Assembly: GCF_000485595.1 (NCBI RefSeq)
Contig: NW_014577086.1
Span: forward strand, 502,046 to 550,258
Source of the DNA: Priapulus caudatus
Lineage: Eukaryota
Length of the DNA: 48,213 bases
Direction of reading: 5' to 3'
Shown here: piece after piece, positions 25,862 through 38,450 of the stretch
Position numbering within the stretch: the stretch's first letter is position 1
Layout: each line of letters starts with the position of its first letter
Made by a program: the position numbers and the translations under genes
The notes under the pieces: generated by a model
The model's input: only the letters and a program-made list of their open reading frames with translations
Told to the model about the DNA's origin: nothing
Database searches by the model: none

Positions 25862-28800
25862 AAAAATGTCGTCCCAGACATTGAGCAACACCAAGGACAC
25901 CCAAGTTCACATGATCATCTCTCAGCCACGCATATGCACAAGTTAGAAGCTAAGGTAAACACCTACAGTCTAAGAATTTCCCATTCTTTAGACCAGACAG
26001 TAGAACATGATGCTCAAGTGGCCATCCTGAACATGTATTTGTCAACAAGACAACTGCTATGCTTCCAACAATGCTTCCCCAAGGAATAACGTAGAAAAGT
26101 GTGTTGCGACTTCAATGTCTCAAGGTGATGTCTACTCAACATACAGACTCCTTGCAGTTTGGATCAAAACAGTTACCTCCACCATGGAACTCAAAGAATG
26201 AGCTAGTTCTTCCATCAACCAAGTAAGTAACGCAAATATGAAGACAACCTTTGTCTCCAACACTTGAAAAAATAACGTAAATCTCCTGTCTAACTAGGGT
26301 TATTCTCTAAAATTGCGGGAAAGTAAACCGTCTTCCTGTCCTCATCTCCCAATCGCAATACCGTCTAGTAACCTGTCTGTCCCAAAGGCGGAGGTCCCAG
26401 ATAAGGGTTGTGGCCATACACCATCTGATTGTTCCAAGGCCAATACATTGGAGGATAAGGAGGTCCCACACCTTGCACTGGCCAGACCTGTGGTTGCTGA
26501 TAAGACGGATTCCCCAGCCCATCGTACGTCAGATCCTGGGCGGTCTCCGTGTTCTCTGTCGTCTCACCACATCTCGTCCCTCCAACTCACCGGAGTCCTT
26601 CGATTCCGCGGATTCTAGAAGCTGATCCTCTGTGGTTCCACTGTCCCCAGATTGTCCTTCTGGAGGAATTTCTGCAACCTCTCCCTCTGGCGTTTTATTC
26701 TGTCTCCGGCCTGTCCTGGGCAGCTTCCATATCCTGTCGAACCTTTGTCTCCAGACTGACTTCTGTCCCAGGCTGTGGATTAAACCAAATCTCTATAGCC
26801 TCACTTGAGTCACTGTCCAACTCCCCCAAACCTTGTCCTACTGGTCTCTTGTCTTTCTGTGCTGATCGATTACCATCTGACTCCCGTCTAGTCCGTCGTC
26901 TCTTTGGTTTAGTCACCTCCTTCTCGACTTTGTCCACTGGTAGCCCATCACACTGAAACAAAAGGTTCCTATGGAGGACACGAGTACATCCGACTCCACT
27001 TCCTGGCCTAACTTCATAAACGAGCGCGTCATCGGAGATTCTCTTCACCACCACATGAATCTTCTCTTCCCAATAGTATCTTAGTTTTCCCGGTCCTTCT
27101 CCCTCCAACAGGTTCTGTACTAAAACCCTGTCTCCAGTTTGCAATGCTTAACTCCTGAACCCCTTGTCATACTGCCGTTTTGACTTGTCTGTCGCCTTTG
27201 ACAAATTATCTTGTGCCATCCTATACGCCTCCTGCATCCCTTCTAGCCACTGTTCAGCCGTCCCTCTACCCTGGCAGTCCAAACCAAATACCAAATCGAC
27301 GGATAACCTTGGCGAACGATTGTACAGCAACCTAAAAGGAGAAAATCCTGTTGCCTCGTGTCTGATGCAATTGTAAGCGTGGACCAACCGATTAATCTGA
27401 GCATTCCAGTCTGCTTTCTGCTTCTTGACTAACGTCCTGAGCATCCCCAACAAGGTTCGAGTCATTCTTTTACATTTACCATTCCCCTCGGGTGGTAGGG
27501 CGTCGTCCTTGAGTGAGCCACTCAACACTTCTGTTACAGTTTGGTAAAGAGAGCATTTTCAAACTCCCCATCTTGGTCATGGTGAATCCTAGCAGGACAA
27601 CCAAATCTTAGAATAAAGTTGTTAAACATTTTGTCCGCTGCAGTATTTCCGGCCTTGTTGCGAGTAGGATATGCCTAGGCAAACCGAGTAAAATGGTCAA
27701 TGACCACTAGGATGTACTCAAAACCTGCCTTAGCTTTTTTCAGGTGAAAAAAGTCTATACGAACCAACTCAAGTGGAAATGTGGCTTTGATGGGTTTCAG
27801 CTCGGCCCATGTGTTTTACATGCGGCTGCTTGTCTTTCAGACACCTACAGACTTTGGTGACGTAGTTTGTTACATCCCGCGCCATCTCAGGCCAGTGAAA
27901 TCGATCCCGTATCAGGCTTATGACTCTCTCTGGTCCAGGGTGTCCCATATTTTCATGCAGTTTCTGTAACACCAATTTTCGATATTGAGGTGGAATACAT
28001 AACTGAGTGACCTTGGATCCGTCCGCCAAGTTACACGTTTGCTGTGAAATCCCGTCCTCGTCTTGCTTCAAGGGACTCCAGTCACGCAACCAAGTCCGGT
28101 CCAGTGGCGATTCCTGCCTCAACTGTCTCACTGTAGGTTGGATTCTTTCTATGCACCATTCTTTGACTTTCTTCAGAGTTGGGTCCGCATCCTGGGCCTA
28201 CTTGATGTCCCCCTTGCTTAAAGAATCAATTGGCGCCATACTCATCTCCGTCCCCTCAGTCACCGGCAGAAATTGGCAACTCACCCGGCCAGGTCAACAA
28301 TTCCCGGTCCACCCTTTATGGCTCTCACATGTTACTGATCAGCCTTCCTGGTACAGCGCGGCATATAGTCCTCAACGTCCAAGGGCAGCCTTGATAACGC
28401 GTCAGCATCGGTGTTTTTCGATCCTGGCTTATAAAACAAATTCAGTTTAAAGTCAGCCAAATTGGCAACCCATCTTTGGCACGCAGCATCCAGCTTCGTG
28501 GAAGTTAGCACGTAGGTTAGCGGATTGTGGTCTGTATATACATCCGTATATGGCGCATAATACACGTAGTCCCTAAATCTCTCACAGACAGCCCATTTGA
28601 GCGCTAGGAATTCTAGCTTGCCGGAATGCAAGAAGTACCTTTTCTCGGCCGGAGACAACGTACGCGAGGCTAACGCAATCACCACCAACCTCTCGTTTCG
28701 CCGCTGATAAGGGATGGCTCCCAACCCCTCAGATGATGCATCTGTATGTAAAATAAATAGACTACTGAAATCTGGAAAAGCCAAAACCTGGAGACTAGTT

Positions 28801-31055
28801 AAGACATCAACCAATTCCTCGAGCCTAGCCTGATGAAGACCAGTCCAATTTACCAACTGTAGTGACGGTGCTTGCCCCTGTTTACTCCTACCCTTCTGTT
28901 TTCCTTTCTTGGCCTGCTTCAATTTCTCCTTGGTGGTCAACAACTCGTACAAAGGTTTCGCTCTCTTGCTCAAATCAGGAATATACTTTCTAAAATATCC
29001 TAGCAGTCCTACCAACCAGGCGTACTTCACCCACAGTCTTTGGTGTTTTTGTCTTCAGTGCCAAAACAGCTTTTAGGTCCGCCGGATCCATCATGGTGCC
29101 ATTTTCGCCCACTATTTGTCCCAAAAACCTAACTTTTTTACGAGACAGTACACACTTCCGGGGTTTTAACTTTATGCCCTTGCTGCACAACCGTTTTAGT
29201 ACTGCCCGAACATTTTCCAAATGCGATTTGAAGTCTGTCGAGTAAACAAGTACGTCATCAAGGTAAGGGATGCATGTTTTGTCGCGAAGATCCCATAATA
29301 CTTCTTCCATAAACGACTGGAATGCTCATGGGCACTGACTAAGGCCAAAAGAAATCCTAACCCACTCATATAGGGCCCATGGTGTGATAAATTAAACGCG
29401 GTAAGAGGCCAACATTCCAGCTTAACAAACCCCTGATGGTAGGCCTTTCTTTGGTCGAGGCATGAAAACCAAGAGTTCCCCATCAACCTGTCAAGAGTGT
29501 CCTGAATTCTTGGAATCGGTCTTTGGCTAGCCAATGTTTTCGCATTCAACGCGCGTTAATCTATACAGAGGCGCAATGAATCGTCTTTCTTCCGAACCGC
29601 AACCATGGGTGAGGTGTAGTTGGAGTCCGACCTTTTGATCCAGTCCTTATTTAAAAGATCGAGAATGTAATCCTTTACCTCAGTGTAGAGCGGCGGGGTA
29701 ATGACCGGTATGGTTGTTGCACTGGCTCATCATCTAACAGTTTGAGGTCTAATTGGAGGTCAGGCGCACAACCAACGTCGTCATTATCACGTGCGAAGGC
29801 TTGCCATTCTTTCCGAAGTACCTGTCTAACTTCCTGTACTTGCTCTGGGGTTAAAAGCTCGTCATCGAGTTCAATCTCTGGGTCCCACTGGCCATCTCCA
29901 TCTGCTATCGTCTCCTCATGGGCTTGATCTACACGAGCATGGCAAACATGCTGACCTCCGCTCTTCTTACCCATCTCACCATTAGACTCAGTCACATATG
30001 TCTCGTGCGGTCGCAAGGTTACAACTGATTTGACTGCAATGAGATGCCCCAAACAAGAACCCTTCCTAATGACAAGAGGAGAATTAGAAGTGTTTTTCAC
30101 CGGCACATTGAAGGAACAGACTGACCTTTGTGGCAACCTCACCAATGACTCTGGGATCTAAACATACTTACGATCTCCCAATTCCCCGAGTGTAAAGATT
30201 GCAATTTTAGCCTCAGAACTACTACCAGATCTCACGAAATATTTCAGAATCTCACATGCCCCTGGATTTACCAGTGTTCCGTCTACCCGCACGCGCAACA
30301 CCAACCTCTCTATCCTGCTCTTTCTGGACCAAAGTTTTCGAAACGTTTGGTTGACCCTGGAAAAGAGAACTAATATTGCATGCAGGGTTATTATTTAACA
30401 GGGGAGGAATGACATTAAAACCCACAACTGGGTGTGATATTGGAGCCGAAGTTACCACAAATGGGACTGGGCGCCCTTCCCCTTCTGTTATCTTTAAGTC
30501 TAATTCCAGTCAGCCAAGCCCCCCAGTCCATCAGCCCCCCCACTTGCAGAAGTGATGACCAGATCTTGGTCGAACAGTTCCTGGCGTGCTCGTACACGTT
30601 TCTCTGGAACATTTTTCTTAAGCCAGTCACTTTTAACTAAGCTCACCTGTGTACCCGTATCTGATAATACCTCATATTTACAACCATCTAATGCAACAGA
30701 AATGATACACTGCTCCCCCTCCAAACTGACCAATTTGTTTCTTCCCTTCCGAGAAATACCATAAAACGAACCCCTTAGTTCATCAATGCTAGGTTTACCA
30801 TGTCCCCTTTTGTGATTTTCTGATGTTCGTATCGCCTCACACCAAACTTTATGTTGTTTCCAATGTTCACTCTGACATATTTTTGAACAGTAAGTTCCGG
30901 CACTGGACAGAAATGCTTTCTACCTCTTGTGGGGTTTTTATTCCCAGGGTCACATCACCCCCTGCACATGTGACCGTCTCTAGTTTTCCGGCATCTTGCA
31001 CTCCCATAGCCGATGTCCCTCCTTACCGCACTTGAAGCAATGGGTACAACGTACG
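25849..31055 (-). mobile_element. Decayed Ty3/Gypsy LTR retrotransposon internal region (gag end, protease, RT, RNase H, integrase), 5'-truncated
   Basis: Minus-strand order: CCHC knuckle CFKCGKEGHRLWEC (~30998-31040); protease LSDTGTQVSLV (30500-30733); RT PIPRIQDTLD..FSCLD..AYHQ and YLDDVLVYS (29000-29700); RNase H FILHTDAS..GLGA..LEFLALKWAV..YTDHNPL (28332-29030); integrase HHCC (HENMGH...CRC, 27769-28131); core AYN...HEATGFSPFRL (27148-27760); GPY/F-like GPGKL...LHRNLL (26695-27144). Many frameshifts and stops. Confidence 0.95.
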
Positions 31056-31164
31056 TTTAGTAGAGTTAATTGCTCGGCACCCCTCACACTGTCCTTGTGT
31101 TCGTTTTACGGCGCGGTAAGAACGAAAATAAGCAGGTTAAATAACGTTAAAAGTAGAAGAAGAA

Positions 31165-31816
31165 TAAAATCTTATCTAGATGCTTCACTTTGCTCGCAGC
31201 ATCGCGCCACAATTCCCAGCTATGCTACTGTATGGGCAAATGGCGCTGCAACGTCGGTCGCCGTTGACTGCCAAAATCATATTCTTCGGCTGTTCTTATA
31301 CGCTCAAAGTGGATCCGGGCAGACTGACAGCACGTGTGCATGGTAAAATCTGATCTACATGCTTCACTTCGCTCGCAGCATCGCGCCACGATTCCCAGCT
31401 ATACTAATGTATGGGCAAATGGCGCTGCAACGTCTGTCGCCGTTGACTGCCTAGATAATATTCTTCGGCCGTTCTTATACGTTCAAAGTGGAGCCGGGCA
31501 AGCTGACAGCACGCGTGCATGATAAAATCTGATCTACATGCTTCACTTCGCTCGCAGCATCGCACCACGATTCCCAGCTGTGCTAATGTATGGTCAAATG
31601 GCGCTGCAACGTCGGTCGCCGTTGACTGCCAAGATAATATTCTTCGGCCGTTCTTATACGTTTAAGGTGGAGCTGGGCAGGCTGACAGCACGTGTGCATG
31701 GTAAAATCTGATCTACATGCTTCACTTCGCTTGCAGCATCGTGCCACGATTCCCAGCTATATGCTAATGTATGCACTTGGTAAAATCCGATCTAAAATAT
31801 TCACTTTGCTTGCAGC
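31165..31816. repeat. 179-bp tandem repeat (3 full and 2 partial copies)
   Basis: TAAAATCTGATCTACATGCTTCACTTCGCTCGCAGCATCG... starts at 31165, 31344, 31523, 31702 (truncated) and 31781 (truncated). Confidence 0.95.
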
Positions 31817-32468
31817 TCTCAAGGCTAGTTGATATGCGCGGAAGTACCCACCCACGGCGCGGAAGGCCACCGTTCTTTCACGTCATCGTTATTCAATTTT
31901 GCTTTCGTGTGCGATGCAATCCAAACAAAAATATACCCAACAATAAAATCTGTTGTCGCCATATGCATTTTACGAATTCTTCAAGTATGCTCACTTTCAT
32001 AATAGGCTTCAAATTTGTACGAACCAATTTTTCACAAGTAAATTTGGATCGAAAATGCTGACATTATAATGCTGTTTAGCACAATGATAATAATATTAAC
32101 AACAAATCAACTATAGACACATAATGATTGTAATTATAATTCAATTTATTTTAACAGTTTCCTATTGTTAAAGCTTATTTTGCTGTAATGTAATTGAGAA
32201 TACCCTGAAATTCGCCGCAGAAAATTACCAAATGGCTGCCGTTTCTAGTTTGTGACATGATGCAACGTTGAAACCAGCGTCCATTATGCAGATTGTCCTT
32301 AAATGTAGACCAGGTGTTCCACCAAAGCGGAATTGGAAATTGGAAGTAGGAGATTGGAAATAATTGGAGCTACTTAGGAAGTTTTGCGAGAGACGATATG
32401 AGCGCGAGAGTTTCTTTCGTGGCCTCGCGTACGTTCCCCACTTGCGTTGCCATTAGGCCTACTGGATA

Positions 32469-33422
32469 TCAGTAGCGAACAGCATGTGACATCGGTCGGT
32501 AGCGAACGATCGTCTGTATCCAGCAATGAAAACTCAACCGCTGCTCGTCGCTGAACCAGTCGCTGGCGCTGGCCACTGCCAGCAGCATGAGCACCTGTTT
32601 CTCTCTCTGCTCTCCGGCGCGGCCGAATGTCTCGTAGCTCCTGCGCACGCAGTCGAACACGCGGTCCGCGTCGACATACGCTGGCTTGTTCAGCAGGAAT
32701 CGCGATATGAGATGCGACAGCGTTGGCAGCGACTGCGGCGTCGAGCCGTACTGGTAGTCGGCGTCGAAGTAGGGCGGCTGACCGGAGTGCCGACACTCGC
32801 GCGCCGCGCTGCCGCCGCGTAGCTCCTCCAGCGCGTCTGCGCGCCGCTGCAGCTCCCTCTGGAGGCGCTTGCACTTCAGCTGCTCCAGGTCAAGCTCTCT
32901 GCGCACGCGCTTCGACTGCATCTCGAGAGAGGCGACGCGCATGAGCATGCGGGAGAATCTCTCCTCGCTGTCGCCGGACGAGACGGGCCGCCCCTCCTCG
33001 CCGCGCGCAGGCGTCTGCTGAGCCTCGCACTCCGACCCGTGCGAGCTCAGCTCGTAGCGCGCCATCTGCAGGCCGCAGTGGGCGCACTGCGCCGGCGCGT
33101 AACCACAGACGCTCCTGTGCGCCGCCATGTTTTCGAGCTTCGTCACGATCTTGCAGCTGCGCTCGCTGTTCTCGCACTCGACCGTCATGGCGCCGATGAG
33201 GTTGCGGAGCGCCAGCACGGGCCGGGCGTCCCCGCACGTCACCGCCGCGCGACACTCGGGGCACGTGCGCGTGTTCTCGCGCGACAGCCACGTCTGCAGG
33301 CACTGCGCACAGTAAGCGTGGCCGCAAGGGGTCAGCACCGCCTCGTCGAACACGCCCCCGCAGATTGCACAGATGAGGTTCGGGTCAACGTTACCGAGGA
33401 ATCGGTGAACACCGTGACCCAT
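32469..33422 (-). CDS. RING (C3HC4) plus TRAF-type zinc finger E3 ubiquitin ligase, RNF41/RNF151/PDZRN-related N-terminus, 317 aa, single coding exon
   Basis: MG...RFLGNVDPNLICAICGGVFDEAVLTPCGHAYCAQC...TCPECR; zinc fingers CENSERSC-x11-HRSVC and CAHC-x11-HGSEC; coiled coil; GC-rich codon usage; AATAAA on the minus strand at 32145-32150. Confidence 0.92.
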   Translation of the reverse strand: MGHGVHRFLGNVDPNLICAICGGVFDEAVLTPCGHAYCAQCLQTWLSRENTRTCPECRAAVTCGDARPVLALRNLIGAMTVECENSERSCKIVTKLENMAAHRSVCGYAPAQCAHCGLQMARYELSSHGSECEAQQTPARGEEGRPVSSGDSEERFSRMLMRVASLEMQSKRVRRELDLEQLKCKRLQRELQRRADALEELRGGSAARECRHSGQPPYFDADYQYGSTPQSLPTLSHLISRFLLNKPAYVDADRVFDCVRRSYETFGRAGEQREKQVLMLLAVASASDWFSDEQRLSFHCWIQTIVRYRPMSHAVRY

Positions 33423-34447
33423 GCCGACGCTGTCCTTATATATGCCGACGAGAGATGGCCGCCTTGCTGTGCTTCCTCTTTATTATCTTCCTTTTGCTCT
33501 TCTTCCTACACGTAGCGAGGAAAACAGATCGAACGGCAATTGCCAGGTTTGGGTATAATATTTTAAAGGTCACATTTTCTAATTACGAACGTGCCGTAAA
33601 ACCTGAGTTTATGGCGTAAAATGTATTCATGTAGACGTAGGTAAGCTCGGATTGCTATTAATCAGGCATGTTCTCTCTATGATCTGGCTATAGGCCTAGT
33701 TATAGTTTGCCAATAGTCATGCGACCTTAGCCACGATTTTCACAGCGAATTCCGCGTTAGAATATAAATGGTGGTGGTAGCTGTACAATTTTGTGCATGA
33801 ACAGCAGCGCCTTAATATTTATGTATAATAGGTTTCACGGAATAGTTAATTACACGGACACATAACTTTCTATCACACATACATATATACGCCGGCTTCA
33901 TATCGTTACCGACACCACTTTCAATATTGCCAATGATATTTACCGTTTTGTAGACCCCAGTATATCGTACGTCTGATCACGTCACTATAGTAGCCCGACT
34001 ACTCAGCCCGCGACGGATGCAAGGCGCATAACCTGTAACGCCACGGCTACGGAACCAGAATAGCATCTTAATAAAATATTTACAGCTTCAGCTCCGTTTG
34101 ATTAGTTAATTGAGCGCTGCGACTACACAGTACCCAAAATGGTCCGTTCTTCTTGCTATCAATGTATGAGGGATGGCCGTATCATGAATTATGCGACCAA
34201 TGATTTAATTAGTGTTAATAACTGTAGACACAGTACGCGCGGTCATGCATGCACACATGACCGGTGCTTGCACTGAAGATGCTTTCTCTGTTAGATGCCT
34301 GTAGTGTAATTACTAGAAGAAAATAGACCTTAGAATTACGATTTTGAAAAAAAAACGTGTTTCATGGTTAGTTATAATTATTTTAATTTACGACGGTATT
34401 TTATAAACTGAATTATTAGTTGACGTATACACACGCACGCACGTATA

Positions 34448-34498
<51 letters not shown>

Positions 34499-35330
34499 AA
34501 CGCGCGTGCGTGATTAGGGCCTATATGTGGCGTAGTCAATGTGCACATAAATGTCTGCATGTGATGCGGGTTGCTTGTGCATCATTGCTCCCATCGCTAT
34601 CTTTCCACAACCTTGTTTCACATTGTATTGTGATATACGATTCAAAGCGGCTTACGATGGTAGTTTGTATTTTATTACTATGTAGCTCATCCAGTTACGC
34701 GCTTTTGTTTTTTTTATAAAGTTTGTTTTTTGTTTTTAAACTAAGTACACATAGGTAATATTCATTTATATATAGATAGATTTTATATATAATAAAATAC
34801 ATTATTATTTATTATATTTATATTTATATTTTTTTTCGTTTTTTTTTATCGCGCCAGAGCTTACCAACAGATTACATTTAATTTTCGGACAATTTCAAGC
34901 ATACAACAATATTTTACTCCTAGAATTTAAATACATTATAATCTCTGTATTATTTTCCCATCAATAAATATATTAAAACTAAATAATAAAACGCACATTT
35001 CAAGTTCTATTAACGCTTGTCAAACAGTGCCTCTGCCGCCTCGTCACGTCTAAATCCGGCTCTGTATATATATACCACGTCATTATAAAACACATGGCAA
35101 AATGGCAAAAATATGTGTAATCTATAAAGACGGAGACAATATGCATAGATAATATTACAACGTCATTTGAATTATAGAAAATCGGTTTGAAGTCTTCCAG
35201 AGCCAATGAATATCCAGAGGCCACATAATAGAAATATAACCCGTTCAGTTATTTACCACTGGATTTTTCATATCACCAACCAAAGCGCATGATGTGATGG
35301 ACGTCTAAAAAGTTGAAAATGCGCAACCCT

Positions 35331-36763
35331 TTAGCTGTCCACGACCCTGTAATACTCTTCTCGCGTCATTTTCCGTCGCCTGCTTCCTCCGTACTTCACT
35401 GGCCATCGGATGCACTTTTGCAGAAATATTCCGAGAGCAAACGCCGCAAAGATTGCGATAGATGTCCCGAAGAAGATGCCGTACCCCTTGCTACTTGACA
35501 TGTTGCTACTCGTTACCTTAGCCGCTACTGTGAACAAGTCGTCAATAGACTTCAAGCGTAACATCCACAGGTCGTCCAACAACGCATCTCCGTCTCCATC
35601 AGAATTACCAACGCCCCCTAAAAGCATCATGTCCCCGTCATGGGTCCAGGTTGCTCCGCGCGCCCGCGGACCAGGAAAGTTAAAGATGGACGTTACATTA
35701 CGCTGTCCATATTGCACCGTGCCCGTAGTAACTGGCACCATCCGTTGCCAGACTAGATCAGCAGTCTCAAATACCCAGATGTCACCGAGTAAGGGAGAAC
35801 CTGCAGCGGTGAGGTCCTGTCCACCGTAAAGAAGAAGGTCGCCATTGTCCGTGACCCAGCCCATTGCGAACAGCCGCCTAGGAGGTTTATGGATGACCAT
35901 TCCCACGTGGAGTGATAGCTCGCCATTTTGATTCATCTGTCGCAGTTGAACACTGGTAGTGTTCAAACTCCACAGCACAGCACTGGGACTGCTTCCTTCA
36001 TAGATGAGCACTTCATTGCTCTTCTCCCACATCGTTGCACCGTTGGTGTTGACGAGCTCTTTGGTGGCGCCCATCTTAGTCCACCTGAGATTATCCAGCG
36101 AGAAAATCCACAAGTCGCTCAGTATCTCGCCGGCCGCGTTCTCACCGCCGTATATCCACATCTCGTCTTTCTTACACCACCACAGCAGCGATTGCCGAAG
36201 AGGTGGCTCTTCGTAGTGCATTTTCGGACCCGATGTGCTTACCGTTGTCCCTGATGACAATGGCTCTTTATCCCCAGTGTCATTTTCTGCTAATTCATCA
36301 TCCTTCGGTTCCTTCTTGGCCGTTGCAGCAATCTTTTTATCACTCATCGTAGCATTCTCTCTGACTACGCTATCAGCAGGCTGCCAGCGTGCAGACGCCA
36401 TATTGAAAATCCATGTGTGTGATGAATCGACCGTGGACGGAGTGAAGACAACAGTGCGACTGCCTGGCTTGACACACATTGCACTGTTAGCTGACGATGG
36501 TGGTGCCTCTACTTGGCTTCCAGACACGTTATGAGCATTTCCGGGATGCATCAGAACCCAACTGGAATTCTTGTAACGCCATAGATCGTTTGCATAAACG
36601 CTGGTGAAAGAATCTGGTGCCGAATTCACTTTACCTCCAAACATCCAAATTTCTTTGGACCCAACCCATACTGCAGCATCTGAACGACCACCTGGTTGTG
36701 GATTGTCGACAGAGGGAGCTGCATTCTGGGGTCCAGCTACTGAACCATCGAGCCATGTCCATT
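35331..36763 (-). CDS. Kelch/galactose-oxidase-type beta-propeller protein with C-terminal transmembrane helix (large terminal exon)
   Basis: The open frame extends upstream of the called ORF to acceptor cttactttcacggttgcag| at 36763 (xWTWLDG...PGGRSDAAVWVGSKEIWMFGG). Repeats of P..R....W......hhGG...L.DLW; hydrophobic YGIFFGTSIAIFAAFALGIFL followed by a basic tail; TAA stop. Confidence 0.88.
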
Positions 36764-36782
36764 CTGCAACCGTGAAAGTAAG

Positions 36783-37011
36783 GCTGAATGGGTCGTTGTC
36801 GTATTAGGTTACTACATATATGTACCTGAGGTACATATATGATATATGTATACACAAACTTAATTGTACTACAGAAGTGTACCCTAACCCTAACCCTAAC
36901 CCTAACCCTAAACACAGGGTACATATATGCTAAGAAGATACAGGTCTGGTATACATATACGTACCTCGGGTACATATATGTAGTACCTGATACGACTACG
37001 ACCCTTTCAGC
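36783..37011. mobile_element. MITE with ~50-bp imperfect TIRs, 9-bp TSD (Mutator-like) and internal (CCCTAA)5
   Basis: Left end GCTGAATGGGTCGTTGTCGTATTAGGTTACTACATATATGTACCTGAGGTAC versus reverse complement of the right end GCTGAAAGGGTCGTAGTCGTATCAGGT-ACTACATATATGTACCCGAGGTAC. Flanked by GAAAGTAAG at 36774-36782 and 37012-37020. Confidence 0.9.
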
Positions 37012-37489
37012 GAAAGTAAGCATAAAGTACGTAGTGTAATAAGGTTAACTGCGGATGTGAAATGGACTGAAAAATGCCTGTGTACGGTAAAATACTGTGT
37101 AACAGACAAACGTAATTTACATTTTATATCCATATAACGATAATACCGAACGCATAGACTATACTATAAATTAAATTTAGCAATATTTTCTAACACTGCG
37201 TAATTTTCACGCAACAACCCCAATCGGGCCTAGAACTAGAAGCAAATAAAACATTAATGCGTATAACAAGTTAACAACTTATGATTGGCTATATAATTAT
37301 CAAGGTGCTCAACACAAATTGAAACGTATACTAGCAGATCAAAATAAATAAACAACGCGAAGATGTAATAGGTAATTATATATTCTTCTCATCCACACAA
37401 AATCTTGGTAAACCGGCACTATAAACTATAAACGTATTTGTTACACACACACGCCCACGCGCACGCGCGCGCACACGCACATGCACACA

Positions 37490-37569
<80 letters not shown>

Positions 37570-38450
37570 GCATGTCCATTGGCAAACGCATGCACATTTT
37601 TTTACTACACAAATGATTTATTGCGTTATCTACGGCCTAGTTAGCTACGGCCCTGAATATATTTCACCATACACTACTACTCACTCGCGTCACTATCGCT
37701 GACAATCACAACGAAAAATGGGAGATAATTTCATTAGGCGTTGCGGGGAATCGGGATGCTGAGACGAATGGCTTTCTGTTTATTATATAACGCAAGCTAT
37801 GTTTTTTGTTTATACATTTTATAAAACCTATTCCTGAGTATGTTCGATTTTTAACATATAATTTTAACAAAACTTCATTATTAGCAGATAGCAGAAACGC
37901 GCATACAGACACGTTTAACACTTTAAGGATGTTTAAATATTTTCGCCTATAATTACTGAAATCAGCATTGGGATTAACAGTTTTCATATCTACCTATTCC
38001 TAAGTATATACTTACTTACTACAGATTTTCGCAATATTACATCTGAATATATTTCGTTTAGCATCATACGTTACTTCTCGTGTGTGACACAAGCACGGAT
38101 CAACAGCAACGACAATTGTACGGAAACGGGATGTTTACAAGGTTTGGCTCGATCCCTCTTATCATTTGAGAAAGATAATGCGTTTTATATTCTTCATAGA
38201 ACTCTATTTCCGAGTATGCCTTCTCAATTTCAAATGCATAATTACAACAGAATATGGTTTCTGTTAGCAGATAGTAGGCATGCGAACAGACACATGTGAA
38301 TCTCTAATCTATCTCACGTGGAGAGGCTTGGAAGATTTACCAGCAGATCTTATAATTAACGACATCGACCATCACCATTTTTTTATATATCTAATCCCTC
38401 CTTAATATGTTCTCATTACAGGTGTGTGATTTTAACAAAATTATGTATGC

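Noticed and set aside
25849..31055. Active retrotransposon or programmed frameshifting
   Set aside because: Numerous frameshifts and in-frame stops throughout pol, and no 5' LTR, indicate decay.
31165..31816. 179-bp array as CRISPR or as a repeat-protein gene
   Set aside because: No unique spacers; the period is not a multiple of 3 and the ORFs are short and interrupted.
32469..33422. Assigning the symbol RNF41
   Set aside because: The N-terminus is similar, but the C-terminus does not match the RNF41 USP8-interacting domain as I recall it.
32374..33515. Overlapping alternative-frame and antisense ORFs over the RING gene
   Set aside because: Expected shadows of a GC-rich coding exon; Arg/Ala-rich with no motifs.
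36881..36912. Chromosome-fusion or true interstitial telomere
   Set aside because: Only five units, enclosed by TIRs and a TSD.
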